Assembly (NCBI RefSeq): GCF_009914755.1
Contig: NC_060930.1
Strand: one strand, 5' to 3'
From: the human T2T-CHM13v2.0 reference genome, Homo sapiens
Length of the DNA: 64,000 nt
Shown here: in pieces, positions 12,331-26,169 of the stretch
Numbering within the stretch: position 1 is the stretch's first letter
Layout: every line of letters begins with the position of its first letter
The notes under the pieces: model-generated
Told to the model about the DNA's origin: nothing
Database searches by the model: none
Seen by the model: only the letters and a program-made list of their open reading frames with translations
Position numbers and translations under genes: made by a program

Positions 12331-13828
12331 GAGAGGAGGGCTGGAAATGCCCATAAGATTGCAAAGGGGGAGGCATTTAATGTTAGCAAAGTTTAAAGTT
12401 GAGTCCCAGTGGCCACATTGTAGCAAATGCTTTACTTTCCTCATCTGTAAAATGAAAGTAAGAAATGAGGGCAAAACACCTGCCTTATTTTCCTCACAGT
12501 TGTAGAAATTCTCCCCTTCCTTCTTGCCCTTTGTAAAGGCTCAAATGTACCTTCATGGGTCTAGGGAGAGTGGATCTCGACCTCAGTTAGGTCACCAGAC
12601 CTGCCCTGAGCTGCTTCATCAGGTTCCCCAGGACTTCAAGCTAATTCCTTTCCAGAGAAGCATGCAGACCAAATTGCTGACCAACCATCTTTTAATTCCC
12701 AAGAAGTACAAGAAATGAGAATACAGAAGGCGGGAATCTCACTTACCTTTAAAGGAACATTGGCACTTTATTCAGCACTAACTTTACTGGAAAACAGCTG
12801 AGAACCAAGAAACAAAAGAGACCTGTGAGCAGCCAACATCTACACCACAGAGCCCACCCTCATTAATGAACCTTATGAAAAAGGATCTCCTAGGCTCTTT
12901 ACTCTGAGCCTAGCTTTCCTCTTTGGAAATTCTAACAGGCTTAGTGATGTGGTTTCCAAATGAATAGACCAATAAAAGGAGCAAATTAAAAGAAGAGGAC
13001 TAGAAGAGGCACATCAGTAACAGTAATGAGTGACAGCTGATGGGTTAACAGCAAGGGTAGAAATGGGGGAAAAAATAACTATAGAAGGCGAACAAAAGAA
13101 GTAAAAATCACAGGAGCTTAGGATCATTTAGCACAGAATAAAAATATTCTACATAGTGCAACAGACCCCTGAGGGCACTAGAGCTCAGCATGATGGCCTA
13201 AGTCATCATTTCGAAAAAGTTAAACTACATTTGATATAGTCTAAAAAGGCAGAGACATTCATAGAGGAGACTTATGGCTGGTCCATTTATTCCTTAAAAA
13301 GTATTTCTTAAGGAGCAGCCATGTGCCAGGCAGGAAGACATAAAGGAGCAAGAAGATGGCCTCTGTCTGGAGTAACCCTCAGTTATTCAGAGAGATTGAC
13401 TTCCTGCAAGGTTCCCTTTGGACAGCCCTTAGAGAGGACGTTCATTAAAATATCAAGGTTCTTGGAAAATCTAAATGATCCACACTTCCCTCATTGGCAA
13501 AATCAGATCAATTCTATCTCGAGTGGATTGATCACTTCTGTTGAAAAACAACAAGAAGATAATTTGAGTATGATTCTCCCAGTATAATGGCTATCTACTC
13601 TTTGGTTGGACATAAAAAACACCTTCAGGAACAGCAATGATTTTTTATAATAGCCAGACAAGAGTACTTTTATGTACTTAAAGTGCATGATATTTGTTTC
13701 AAGTCATTAATATAAACCCCAAAAGTGTTAAAAGTTAAAACCAAGAGGTAGCTTAGATCTAGGGGGAAAACCTGGCTCTTTCTGATCAACATACCATCTT
13801 TTTGGAATCCTACAAAATAAATTCTAAG

Positions 13829-13970
13829 CCAATGGTTCCAAACTGCAGGTGAGACCAACTACATCAGAATCCCAGAGCCTGAGCCCTGCCACACATCTAC
13901 GGGGCTAGAATCTCTTGGGATGGGTCTCTGGCATCCATCTCTCCAGGTGATGCTGACAAGCAGCCAAAAT
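13829..13970. mobile_element. MER5-family fragment
   Basis: CCAATGGTTCCAAACT...CATCAGAATC...CTCCAGGTGATGCTGA. Confidence 0.55.
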
Positions 13971-14049
13971 CCCTTACAGCTCTAAAATTCCACTGTCTTC
14001 AATGTATCTAGTGTCAAATCAGTAAAAGACAATTTCCCCATAAATACTA

Positions 14050-14492
<443 letters not shown>

Positions 14493-16129
14493 TTAGAAAA
14501 GTGAGGGACTAAGCTAAAAATATTTCAAACAAAGTTATATTTTAGCTGTATCATCTTTATGTCATCATTCATGAACCCTCAAAGTATTAATAATAAAGTC
14601 ACAGGGAACCTGAAACTTTTTTTGTAAAAATACAATATCAAATAAAGCTTGTCAGACTTTAGAAATAATGCCAAGCCTCTCCCTCTTCTCTCTCTCTCTC
14701 TCATTTAGGAGCTATTAAAGTTTCCTGCTTTTGCAAACCCAGATATGATGTGAGGATGAAAGAAGAAAGATTCAGCAGCCAGAAATTGTCTCATTAAATA
14801 GGATATAGGGATCCTGTGGAATGTATTGGGTTAGAGAGAGTGACATTATATGTAATTAAGATGTCTAGTGTTTATTTCAGCCCCCAGGGGATAGATGCAA
14901 AATATCTAGCTATTAATAACAATAGTTAAATAACCAACTTCTTGGATTTCAGAGTTTTATTTTTTGTTTTGGTATTTTTGTTGTTGTTGTTGTTGTTGTT
15001 CGTACTGAGTGTCTGTTGCCTGGAAAACTCTGAGATGTGAAGGGAAGATTACCTAATTTAGGATCAAGTGTTAATTTCCAAGCTAGATGGCAAGATGATA
15101 CTACACTTGCTTTCTGCCTTTTCAAGGACGAAATCTCCTTAGTGCTCCTTTCTCACCAAGAACAAAATGAGGGACCTAGAGATTGTGGTGACTGGATACC
15201 AGTGACATTCCAGTCTTTGGCAGCTGGAGAATCTAGCATATCCTTTTCTTGCCTGGTATAAACTCTATGTAAGATTTCCCTGGGCATTTGGTGTAAAGAA
15301 CAAATTGGTGAGCCAACAAGCACCCTCTATACACAGAGCACTGTGTCAGGAGCTACGGGAGACAGATATTCTAGCACAGTAAGAGCATGGCTTCTGTCTT
15401 CAAGGAAATTAAAATCTAGCTGGGGGAGAAAAAAACCCACAAACATCAATTAGGGAGTTGTATGCCATAATTCATGATTAAGTAATAAATTAATGTCATA
15501 GTTGTTCAGAGAAGGAAAATTAAAATGAGAATAATGGGGAAAAACTTCATGGAATTCATGCACTTGGGTTTTGAAGGATAGTAGTAGAACTAGTCTCAAG
15601 TGCACACACAAGGGGAAGGACTGGCATTCGTGCATGGAGATACATGTGTGTAAAATGACCTTTATGGCTTTCTTTTCACATATTTTTATTTTTCCTTCTT
15701 AATTAAAAAAGAAGCTTCTATGCCCATGGCCATGACTTAGAAATATATATAAAATAAGGTCGCTGATTTAACAAATTTGGCATGCTTATTCTCTAGACAA
15801 TTTTCAATTCTTCCTAGGTTTCAGGAAGCAGCAAATTGGAAATACTAAGTGGGAGAAAAGTGGGAAGTCTGCTGTAATTAAACAGGCTGGTAACAGAGAG
15901 CAGTAACTACTAATAATGATAGATGAAACAGAACAACAGAGGCTCAGCAATCTGGGCCCATTTAATGTTGGGTAAATACAACCCTTCTCTTCCCACCCAC
16001 CTTCAACAGCCCCCAGATGCCATAGCTTCCTAGAATGTACTTTCTCTACTGATTCCAATCTCCTTTCCTTTTTTTTAAATAAAGAAAAATAAAGAGGGGA
16101 AAAGAAGAGCCATAAAGGTTAGTATGTTT

Positions 16130-16250
16130 ATTCATTAATTTGTTTGTTCAAGAATTTTTTGTGAGCACCTACTATACTGCTTAGGTGCTAGGGACACAAC
16201 TGTGAACAACAGACAAAGTTCCTACAATTTTGGGTGTTTTATTCCAATGC
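16130..16250 (-). mobile_element. L2 3' end
   Basis: TTCATT...TGAGCACCTACTAT...TAGGTGCTAGGGACACAACTGTGAACAA. Confidence 0.65.
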
Positions 16251-19200
16251 AAAGGAAATTCTCCATCTTATAAGTTTTTAAAAGAATGAGGTAAACAAGG
16301 CTTTGGGAGATGCCTTGGCTCAAATTCCCTATGAGTTAGTGAAAGTCAACCTGGATCGCTTTAAGAAGAAAAAAAAAAAACAAAAAACCATATCTCACAG
16401 GGAAAATTTACCATTCTAATATTGAGTCTGCACAGTAGCCTTTCTCTGCTGGTTTACTTTCAAGAATGTTCTTCCTTGTCTTTCCAGTTAGCAATCTAGT
16501 TATCTTCTGCATTATGGAGCTGGTCTTCCTTGGCTCTTTCTTCATCTCTCTTACCTTGACTAGAGAGAGGTTCTCTTTTCCTGCATTCCCCCATTTTGTG
16601 TGTTTTCCCCAAACTCCAAAAGGTCACAGACCTAGGCAATTGTGAAATCCAAAAGGTCTGATGGGCTAAGAACTAAGGTTCTCAATTACCTCTTTGGGCC
16701 GGCCCCCATCCTAAACAGGAACCATGGAGGACTCCTAGCCTGAGTGCACTTCAGGGGCTAAAATCCTGTGTTCTAGTTTGTGAGCTTGTTCTTTTAAAAG
16801 GGAAACCTAGGACTCTTTTCTTTTCTTTAATGAATTATTCTAGTTTTACTTTGAGACCATAGCTCCTGTTTTATTTTCAGTTGTCATTTTCCATAACTCG
16901 TTTTAGAAATAAAAATGGGAAACGTTATCTAGCCCCTAGGAAGAAATATGTACATACATTCAAAAAGCAGTTTCATGCAACCTTAATAACCTGAATTCTA
17001 TTTCCCTTTCTGTACATGATGGATGAAATTACTTTGATTATGCTGGCTTTCCAATTACTCATTCATGCCAAGAAAGCTAGCCCTTGAAACCTAGTCACCT
17101 TGTTTATTTCTTTCCCACCTTGCCCTTCACAATCAGAAAATCAAAGAGCGCTGGAGCTGGAAGGAGCTTCCGTGATCCCCAAAGGAAGGATTAAACTTAA
17201 AAGTCATACATATTGATTGACCCGAGTTTTCTAAAATTAAACCTGAGTAACTATTTCAATACCAATTTTTAAGCTGTAAAAGCTGATTTTGAGGTACAGA
17301 GGTTTGAGTGGTATGAAAGGCCTAGTAAATATATAACCTGGTTGCCAAAGGGTTTCTACTTAATATATTAGGAAAAGATGTATTCCCATTGCGTTCATTT
17401 TATTCCTTAATCCAAATCAGTGGTTTTCAAACTGTGCTCCTTGGAGTGTGAGGGTCTAACCTCCACAGAGGGTGAAGAGGGACCAATTTTGGAAGCTCCA
17501 CACCCTCTGCCCCTGCTTTGACCCAGAGACCTCTACTTTTTCTCTCCCTTATAGGTTGGGTTCTCAAGTATAATTTCATATAAATAAAGCTGCCTGTTAC
17601 TACCAAAAAGGAAAAAAATGTTTGCTAAGAAAAGGAAATGAACTTACAGAAACAGAATATACACAAATAAAATATGAAAAGTCAACCATAATCATAATTT
17701 TTTCAGAAACACATGGACTGGAACTAACAACAACTGATTCTGGAATCAGCATTGGGCTGGCCTTCTGGTATAAAGTTCTTATGACTGGTTCTTCACCACC
17801 AAACACAAGGGCACACCACTAACTGCCCCAAGAGCCAACCGAAAAGCCATAAACACGTCTGGCTACTTAGATGCAGCTCTGCTAATCTGCTTATAGCTTA
17901 TAGCTTATAGCCACTAGTTCACTTATTCATTCGACAAACAATTAAGGCCTCAAAAATGAACAGGTGATGCCTGGAAGTAATAAATTTTTAGTAGTAGTAG
18001 GGAGACAGACAAGCAAACAATTAAATTACAGTATTTAAAAAAGGATGACCTTCATCTTAATGGGGTATATACAAAGTACAATGGGAGCCCAGAAGAGCCA
18101 TTTCCTAGAAGGATCAGGGAAACCCTCACAGAAGAAGCCTCAGCAGCATTCCTGCTGAAAACACAAAGGTGAACCATTCTAGGGAAGGAAGCCTGGCAGA
18201 ACAGACAAACAAGTACCAGATTATGAGGGTCATACTGTAAAAAAGACTTCAGAGTCTATCTCTCAAGATATGGGTAGCCAATAAGTAATTGACCTAGCAT
18301 GATTGAATAAAGAAGAATTCCTCATTTTCCCAGCAATTATTTTTCCCTTTAGCCCATTCATGTATTCAATAAATACCAACTCTGGGCTAATCACTGCTCC
18401 AGCCATAAAGAAACCTTGAAGTTGTCTAAATCCTCTGAAGCTCCAGATCTACAGCCCCCAACCAGCCTTTCAGGGTGAGCCACTCCTTGGATATTGGCTC
18501 CAACTGCCCAATCATTCCCTGAGCAAACAGTCTTACCCATTATTGCAGTTGGCATCTGGTATTGGGATTTTCCACCAAGAATCAGCAATGGAATTTTTTT
18601 AACTGCAGAAATAGATAACTCAAGTAAGGAAAAGAGTTAAAAAGGAGGCTCTTGAAAACATTTAAAATAGCTGCTCAGCACTGAAAATCAGCTTAAGGGA
18701 TGGCAAATGCAAATGCAAGCTCAGACAGGCCCAGCTCAGTTTTGCAAATCCTTTGGTAATGAAAATAGATCCACACTTTAATTTTTCAAACCATAAACCT
18801 CCCTGAAGCAAGTAAGAAAAGAGAAGAAACAGAAGGGAAATGTTCTACAAAAAAAGTGGATTTTGCATTTGATGTTTTGAGGGAACTCAGTCAGGACAGG
18901 GTTCCCAAAAGCTGTGAAGTAGACTCTATCATGGCTGGTACGCCAGGCTCCCATTCTCCACCGTCTGTTCTGGGCGGGAGTGTCCCCTTCGAAAATGCTC
19001 AGCTGTCCAGGGTTCTCTCATCTCCCTCCCACCCCCAACTATCATATCAAACCCTGCTATCTGGAAAGGAGACAGTACTTTCACGTACAAGGTAGAAATG
19101 AGGAATAACAGCCTTAAAATGTCATTTCTTCTATAGGGCATTTGCATTTTAACAGAGCACAAAACCTCCAGCTGAAGGAAGACTCCTATAAATGGGATCA

Positions 19201-21699
19201 TATGAAAACACTTTGCAATCTTTTTTTGCCATTTGCCCAGAGACTCAAAGCTACCTGTCAAAAAGTAACTGCTTGATTATCTAACAAGGAAGAAATTAAG
19301 ATTGACAAACCATCGAGTTCATACCTAGAGTACTTTTGTGGCATAAAAACAAAATGAGGGGCAGTCCCCATGGCTTCTCCTGTGCTGGGCTCCTGCAGGT
19401 TCCCCCGGGTCCCTCTCAAGTGGTTTTACCACGAGTATGATCATGGAGGCTCATCCTGAAAGGTGGATTTCCAACAAGTTCTGATGACACAGCATCTCAG
19501 CAACTCCTCTGCATCCACTGAGCCACAGCCTTGTTCTTTCCGACAAAGTCTGGATCTCAGTCCTGGGGCTGAGGAAGAGTGGGAGGTGTCTTCCATGGGC
19601 ACTCTATCTCAGCCCTACGAGACGGGTAGTAACTGTTTCCTGTAACTGCTATTCCTGTATTCTTAAATTCTCTTTTCATCTTATTAGCTAATTTCTCACC
19701 ATTTTGATCTCCTATAATAATTCTTTATATTAAACTTTCCCTGTTCAAATTAAGAAAAATAAAACAAAACGAAGTGCTTTTTCTCTTGCCTTGACCTTGG
19801 TAAGTTACCAGATTCTACTTCCTCCCTTGCTCCCCTGTGAGTGCCTCCACACTTCCCTGCTCCACCAGCATAAGACGGTACTGCTTCCATCAGATGATTA
19901 CGACAGCCTAGAATATCTACTTTTGAGGCTCTTGTACAACTTTCTGACATATAAAATCACCAAAAGGCACGGCCTCTAGACAAGATTCTGAGTGTGTTGC
20001 TTTCCTCATGGCTTATACACTGAAACATGTTCAAATATCCTAAATATCTATGGGGGTGGGGTCGTAATCTTACTGGATCAGTTCCTGGCCTTTCCTATAT
20101 TGTGGAAAATTCAGGAAAATAGTCCCTGGGGAAAGAAAGCAAAATAAAACAAAAAGCCCAAGTTTATCTGATTAATAATGTGCTGAAGAAAGCAGGAAGT
20201 GAGGAAGAGAGAAAAAAAGTATCCCAGGTGTTGGAGAAAGTTGTGATGATTTAGAAAATGACAAACCCTAAGAAGCTTCTGGAAAGGAGAGGCAAGGAAA
20301 TCTTAATAAGTAGTATTATAAGTTATAAACTGAATATTTGTTTAATCCCTCAAGGGATACAAGTAAAGATTGAAATTACTTTTTCCTATGCCTGCCGGAC
20401 TATTTCTTTAAACACGAGGCAAGTCACTTGGGTTCCTATCATATTCAACAGTCTAGCCAAGGTTATTACACTTCAATACACTAATTGTTTCAAATAACTC
20501 TACAAAAGTACCCTAAAATTCTAATTCTGAATCTGGGAGATGAGATTTCCTAATGGTGATCATATTTAACCCTCATAAACTGAGCCCCAATACCTATAAT
20601 CCCGCTGAAGGATGCACCTGCTTTCCAATCAAAGTATCTGTGCACATCAGTCATTGGATTCTCCAATCTTACATGTCAGCCTGTAAGTCCTCTCAAGAGT
20701 TTTGATAGGGTTCCTTCAATAGGCCAAATGCTTTCTCAACCAATCACTAAAGAATATCACTGTATAATAAAGATCATCCTATATGCAAATACTAGTGAAT
20801 CATCCTCATAGGTCAGACCTGGCCATTGACCCAGGGATTTTTCAAACTAGTTCTATAAACATATAGTGAACCAGTATAAACCCAATTCTACCAAGAGTGA
20901 TTATGGAATTTGTTTCACTTACCTTGTTCCTACAGGCATATAGGAAGTGAACCATATGCCCTCTGATGCCCTTTGCTTTCTGTACTTCCATAATTGCTTC
21001 CTGGCCTGGCGGCCAAGCAGGCATTCTTCCACCCATGACCTCCAATAAAGTGACAGAACCTGCCCCTCTCCTGCTTTATTTCCCCCAGCCCCCAATATCC
21101 ATACAGTCTCAACTTCAACCCAATATTAGAATTGTTTCAACCTGGTTTTCTCACAATCCTGGGTTCTCTGTCCATATCAGATCTTTCTGCATCATCCACA
21201 ACCTGTTGTTTTATTTGAACAACCTTTGCTATATCATACTTGGACTAATTGGCCTTAAGAGTATACTATCCCCCCCACCAGCACTCTTCCTGCCAAGGAA
21301 TAGTCATTTGTCTTGTTTCCTACAATCCTATTAATCTTCCATCTTCCCCACCTCTAGCATGGAGCTAAGCCATGATTGTCAATTCCCTGCTTAGTATATC
21401 ATTTTCTACCAAAAGCTCTCCTGTGATTCCATCATTATGGTTTATCCATGCTCCCAAAGCTCCTTAGCCCAAACAAATATAGTTCATCCTAAGACTCTTG
21501 CTACCAAGCCTTCCTCTGCATCAGAGGAAACCATGGTAGCTGATAAGAATGGAATTTGGGGAAAGCTTGAAGAACAAATCAATGCCTTTTATACCCCTAA
21601 CTCAAAGATCCCTGGGGCAAGCCCTGCTGATTGGCTGATGCCACACCCATACCCACTTCCTTACTCCTTTGATCCCTTCCACGATAAAACATGGAATGG

Positions 21700-22047
21700 C
21701 TAAGTATACACTTTCCCAGTCTCCCTTACAGGTAGGGATGACAGTGTGACACCCATCTGTCCACTATGATGGAGCAGAAGTCTGCTGAGGTGGAGATAGT
21801 CCTGGGGAAGTTTTTGCTTTCCTTATAAAGGAGAGAAATAAAGCTGGCCTTGCCCCATCCCCCATCGTTCTGCTTTGAAGGTGGGAACAATTCCTGAAGC
21901 GGGAACAGCCATTTTGTGACTCTGAGGCAAAAAGCCCAAGGGAAAGCTCGTCTTGGTGCATCCAGCTGCTGGCCCGCTCTAGCTGCTGGCTGCCTCCCTG
22001 ACCCTTTGTCACATGAGGAAAGGAGTTATGTGCATTCCTACCTAATA
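21700..22047 (+). mobile_element. MaLR LTR, MLT1J/K-like
   Basis: CTTTCCCAGTCTCCCTTACAGGTAGGG...TTTTGCTTTCCTTATAAAGG...CAGCCATTTTGTGACTCTGAGG...GCATTCCTACCTAATA. Confidence 0.65.
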
Positions 22048-22101
22048 GGCCAGGGCCACCAAATGTCTCTCCAGAGCAGCCTTTAGAAGTGTCTTCATCC
22101 C

Positions 22102-22444
<343 letters not shown>

Positions 22445-23826
22445 TTATTTTTCTGAAGACTAAATCATCCTTTTTTCCATTTCAACATATCACAAAGAAA
22501 GAAACTTTTAGATTTTGTGAGCTTACAAATTGAGTTACATCTATCACTAACCTGGCATTATGTTATATAATTACAATAATATTACATTTTAATAAATGAA
22601 TTAAAATTAACAATATTAATTTTACTATATGTCATATATTTTTTTCTCAAATTCATGTCATATTGTATATACTTATATTTTCTGGATAATACATCACTAT
22701 ATTTTCATATTACATAATATGTAAATCATCTGGTTATTTTTTTTCTCCCTCACTAGAATGAACGGCATGCCTAGAACAGTGCCTGGTACCAAATAGCCAT
22801 GCAGGAAATATTCGTTGAATAAATAAATGGATCTTACCACCCACTCCCCCCACCGACCCCGCAAAAAGATGCTTATTTAAGATTAGCCTATTTCAGGCAA
22901 AAAAATATTTCAATGAGCGTGTTATTAAGAGGTCAGTGTAGATGAGGAGTTCATCTTGACATCCTACAGAGGCAGCCTTTTAAATGCTGGTAATTGGTTT
23001 TAAAAATAAATTAACATTATTCTTTTATTTCAATTCCCCCAAAGGCAATTAGACTTCTGTTTTTAAAATAGAAGTCTGGAAAAATAAGTCACTTTAGTAG
23101 ACTCCTGTCTTGCCCATGGTCTTACTTAAACACCATTTCTGGGGCACAGTGTCAAGAAACAAGGAGCTCTCTTCAGCCTAAGGGATCAGGAGCAAGATGC
23201 TGACCCACAATTTTTGCCAGTTAGTTTCCAAATCCCATTCAGAGTTCCTTTTATAGCTGGCATCATCTCAAATTGTGTATCTTCCATTTTCCTCTGTCCT
23301 AGATGATTTAAATAAACAGAAATCTTCATTAATTTTTTTAATCCTCTCTGACGGAAAAAAAAAAAGAGAGAATGTGGTAGCATGTGGTCTTTCTCATGTT
23401 AAACAGTTAATGTTAAAAATCACCCATGGTTCTCTTCAAGGTCCTTCCCATTTCTGGAAAGTGAGCATATCTTCAGACATGAATTCTGGCCCAACCCAGA
23501 GGTCATCCATAGAGGAGGGACAATGGTTTGTTCAACAGAGAAGAATTAATCAGTGACTGGCTCCGAGAGGTACAGCAGGACTCACCTCAGCTATCACTCT
23601 TACACAGATTTGCCCAACGGGGCACTGCCAACCACTTTTCAGAATCCTGAAGGCTCCACTCTGCACACAGGAAAAGCAGAATGCAGCCTGGCAAGCCCTG
23701 AGTCAACTCCCCTGTCACCCAGAAGGACAAGACCTGACCAGGTTCTACTGCAGAACTCTTCTCAGTGGACTTGAAGGCTAGACTCCAGCAACCTCAATCC
23801 CTAAAGGCTAAGTTATACAAAAGACT

Positions 23827-24185
23827 TGCATTTGTTACCTTCTGCTGCTGTATAAGAAACTATACAAATTTAGCAGCTTACAATAACACACATTTATTAT
23901 CTCATGGTTTTGGAGGGTCAGGAATTTGGGCACACCTTAACTGAATCTTCTACTTTAGGGTCTCTCAAGAGGCTGCAATCAAGTGTCAACCAGAGCTAGA
24001 GTCTTATATGAAGGCTCGAAGCTCACATGGTTGTTGGCAGGATTCAGAACCTGGACTAAGGACCTCAGCCCTCTGCTGGCTTTCAGCCAGAGGCCACCTT
24101 CCATTGCTTGTCATGTGGGCATTTCCATAGGGCAGCTCACAATATGGCAGCTTGCTTCATCAAAAACAGCAAGGGAGAGTTGCTT
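23827..24185 (-). mobile_element. MaLR LTR, MLT1E/F-like
   Basis: CAAATTTAGCAGCTTACAATAACACACATTTATTATCTCA...GGGTCAGGAATTTGGG...GGGCAGCTCACAATATGGCAGCTTGCTTC. Confidence 0.75.
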
Positions 24186-24378
24186 AAGCCAGATAACTCC
24201 TTTTCAGACTTCAATCTTCATCTTCTTTTCCCCTACTTACAATCAGTAGAATCCTACTGATTCTAACACTAAAGTATCTCTCAAATCTGTCTCCCTCCTC
24301 TCCACTCCAAGTGCTTAGAGTCAAACTCTTGTTTCTCTTCAGACTGTTTCAGTAGCTTTCTAATGTGCTTCTCTGGCC

Positions 24379-24791
24379 CAGTGGTGCATTCATAAAGGTT
24401 TCACAACTGATCTCCCTCTCTGGGTCATGGGGAAAACCCCAATTTGTAAACTTTGCTGACTTCCACTGTGTAATTGCCCCTCACCTGGCCCATTTAAAGC
24501 TACCAGTGACTTCACTGATTGGGAAGAGATGCTCAGTAGCTCACCATTATATTGTATTTCTACCATACAGATACAGTGGATACAAGTAACCTCAGAAACG
24601 TGAAAATAGTAAAATACAGTAAGATAATTAGGAAGTAATAAGCTTTATCTTATTTATCTTTGATTTCAATATAATTTAATTATACCTTTATATAATGTAA
24701 TACTTAATAATGGATATATTTATCAACCTATGCAGAAAACCTAACAATTGGCTGTCACAAGCTAAAGTGCAGTCACTTCTGCATATCACTG
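24379..24791. mobile_element. MER63B-like hAT DNA transposon
   Basis: CAGTGGTG...CACTG termini, degenerate 8-bp TSD CTCTGGCC/ACCTGGCC, internal AAATAGTAAAATACAGTAAGATAATTAGGAAGT. Confidence 0.75.
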
Positions 24792-25009
24792 ACCTGGCCC
24801 TAGTCTCTGCATTCAAGGTGTTCTCCAAAGCACAGCAGACATTTCAACACAAATCTGATCATGTCACTGTCCTTGCTCTTGTTAGTGGTTTCTCACAGTC
24901 CAAAATCCTTTACCTATGTATGCAAGACCCTTCATTTTCTGGCCACAGTTGACTCCAGCTGTATTTTAGGTCAAAATTCAACATGAACAATAACAATAGT
25001 AGTAACAAA

Positions 25010-25220
25010 ACCTGACAGTTATTGACCCTTACTCTATGCTAAGCACTTAACACATATGCATTATATTATTTAATCTTTGCAACAATCATATGAACTGGCT
25101 TCTCTTACTGTCCCCATTTTACAGATGAGGAAAGTGAAGAGTGTTTGAGTGACTTGTAAAAATTCACACAGAGAGTAATTAATGGAACTGGTCCAATAAC
25201 AAAACCCAAATTCTTAAAAC
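25010..25220 (-). mobile_element. MIR SINE
   Basis: CCCCATTTTACAGATGAGGAAAGTGAAG core. Confidence 0.8.
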
Positions 25221-26169
25221 TAAGACGGTTTCATCAATAATTCAAAACCCCTTACGTATACTATGTTCTTCCTATCGTCTTCCCATTGCACATGTGTTTT
25301 CCTCTCCTAGAATGCCTCATTAGTACTGACCCCAGCACCACTCTCACTTTCCTCTTATCTACCTAAGGAGCTGCTACTCTAAGAACCTAATTCCATGGTG
25401 CTCCAAACTGGGAGGTAAGAGAAACTTAGAGACTCAAGACTCAAATGTATTCCAGTTAAAATTGGGTCTAGTTAACTGTCTATTCTTAAGCTACCACTAA
25501 ATTAGCTGGAAAGAATGACACAAAGACAGGGAGAGAGGGAGAGGATGGGTGGAAGGGAGACAGAGAGAAAGAACTTATAATACCACCCAAAGCTAACAAA
25601 TTAACTTACAGATAGCTTATTGCCAGGATCTGTGTGGTATGTAGAGAAGTCTAGAGTACTATACCTCAACCCTGTTCCTCCTAATTTTTTCTTTAGTCAT
25701 TCTGTGATAGCAAATTTCAGAAAAACAAGACTAGAACAGGGAGTGGAGATTCTGCTGGCCCTGAAAAGCATCCTGGAAGGTTTATTGCATATATGTAAAT
25801 GAGGTAGGTTGGACCAAAGATTGAAAGATTGGGGGAATGAAGTGATATTCGGGATTTTAGGCTTTTTGTTAACTTTCTCTCTTCAGTGCATCTGGGAATG
25901 CAGAACTAGAGAGTAAAATTAGTCATTCAGTACCTTAGAGGTATCCACGGCAAAAACTTGGAGAAACTGGAAATTGGGCTGGGAGTGGAGCATGCCAGCC
26001 TTCCCCATAACTATGACCCTAAAAGGAATGTTAATAGTGCAGACTTAAATAACAGAAATACACGTCTGCTAACAAGCACTGAGTTTTGATTAACCTCGCC
26101 ACATCAAAGCATAAATAAGGGAAAAATAGATTAGATCCACTCTATACATTATAGGTATTCCCAAGGGAA

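Noticed and set aside
19330-21330. Possible ERVL-type LTR fragment (~19330-19800) and very decayed retroviral pro/pol-like sequence on the minus strand (~20560-21330)
   Set aside because: Only a faint resemblance by eye, with no intact diagnostic motif. It needs a Dfam/tBLASTn search.
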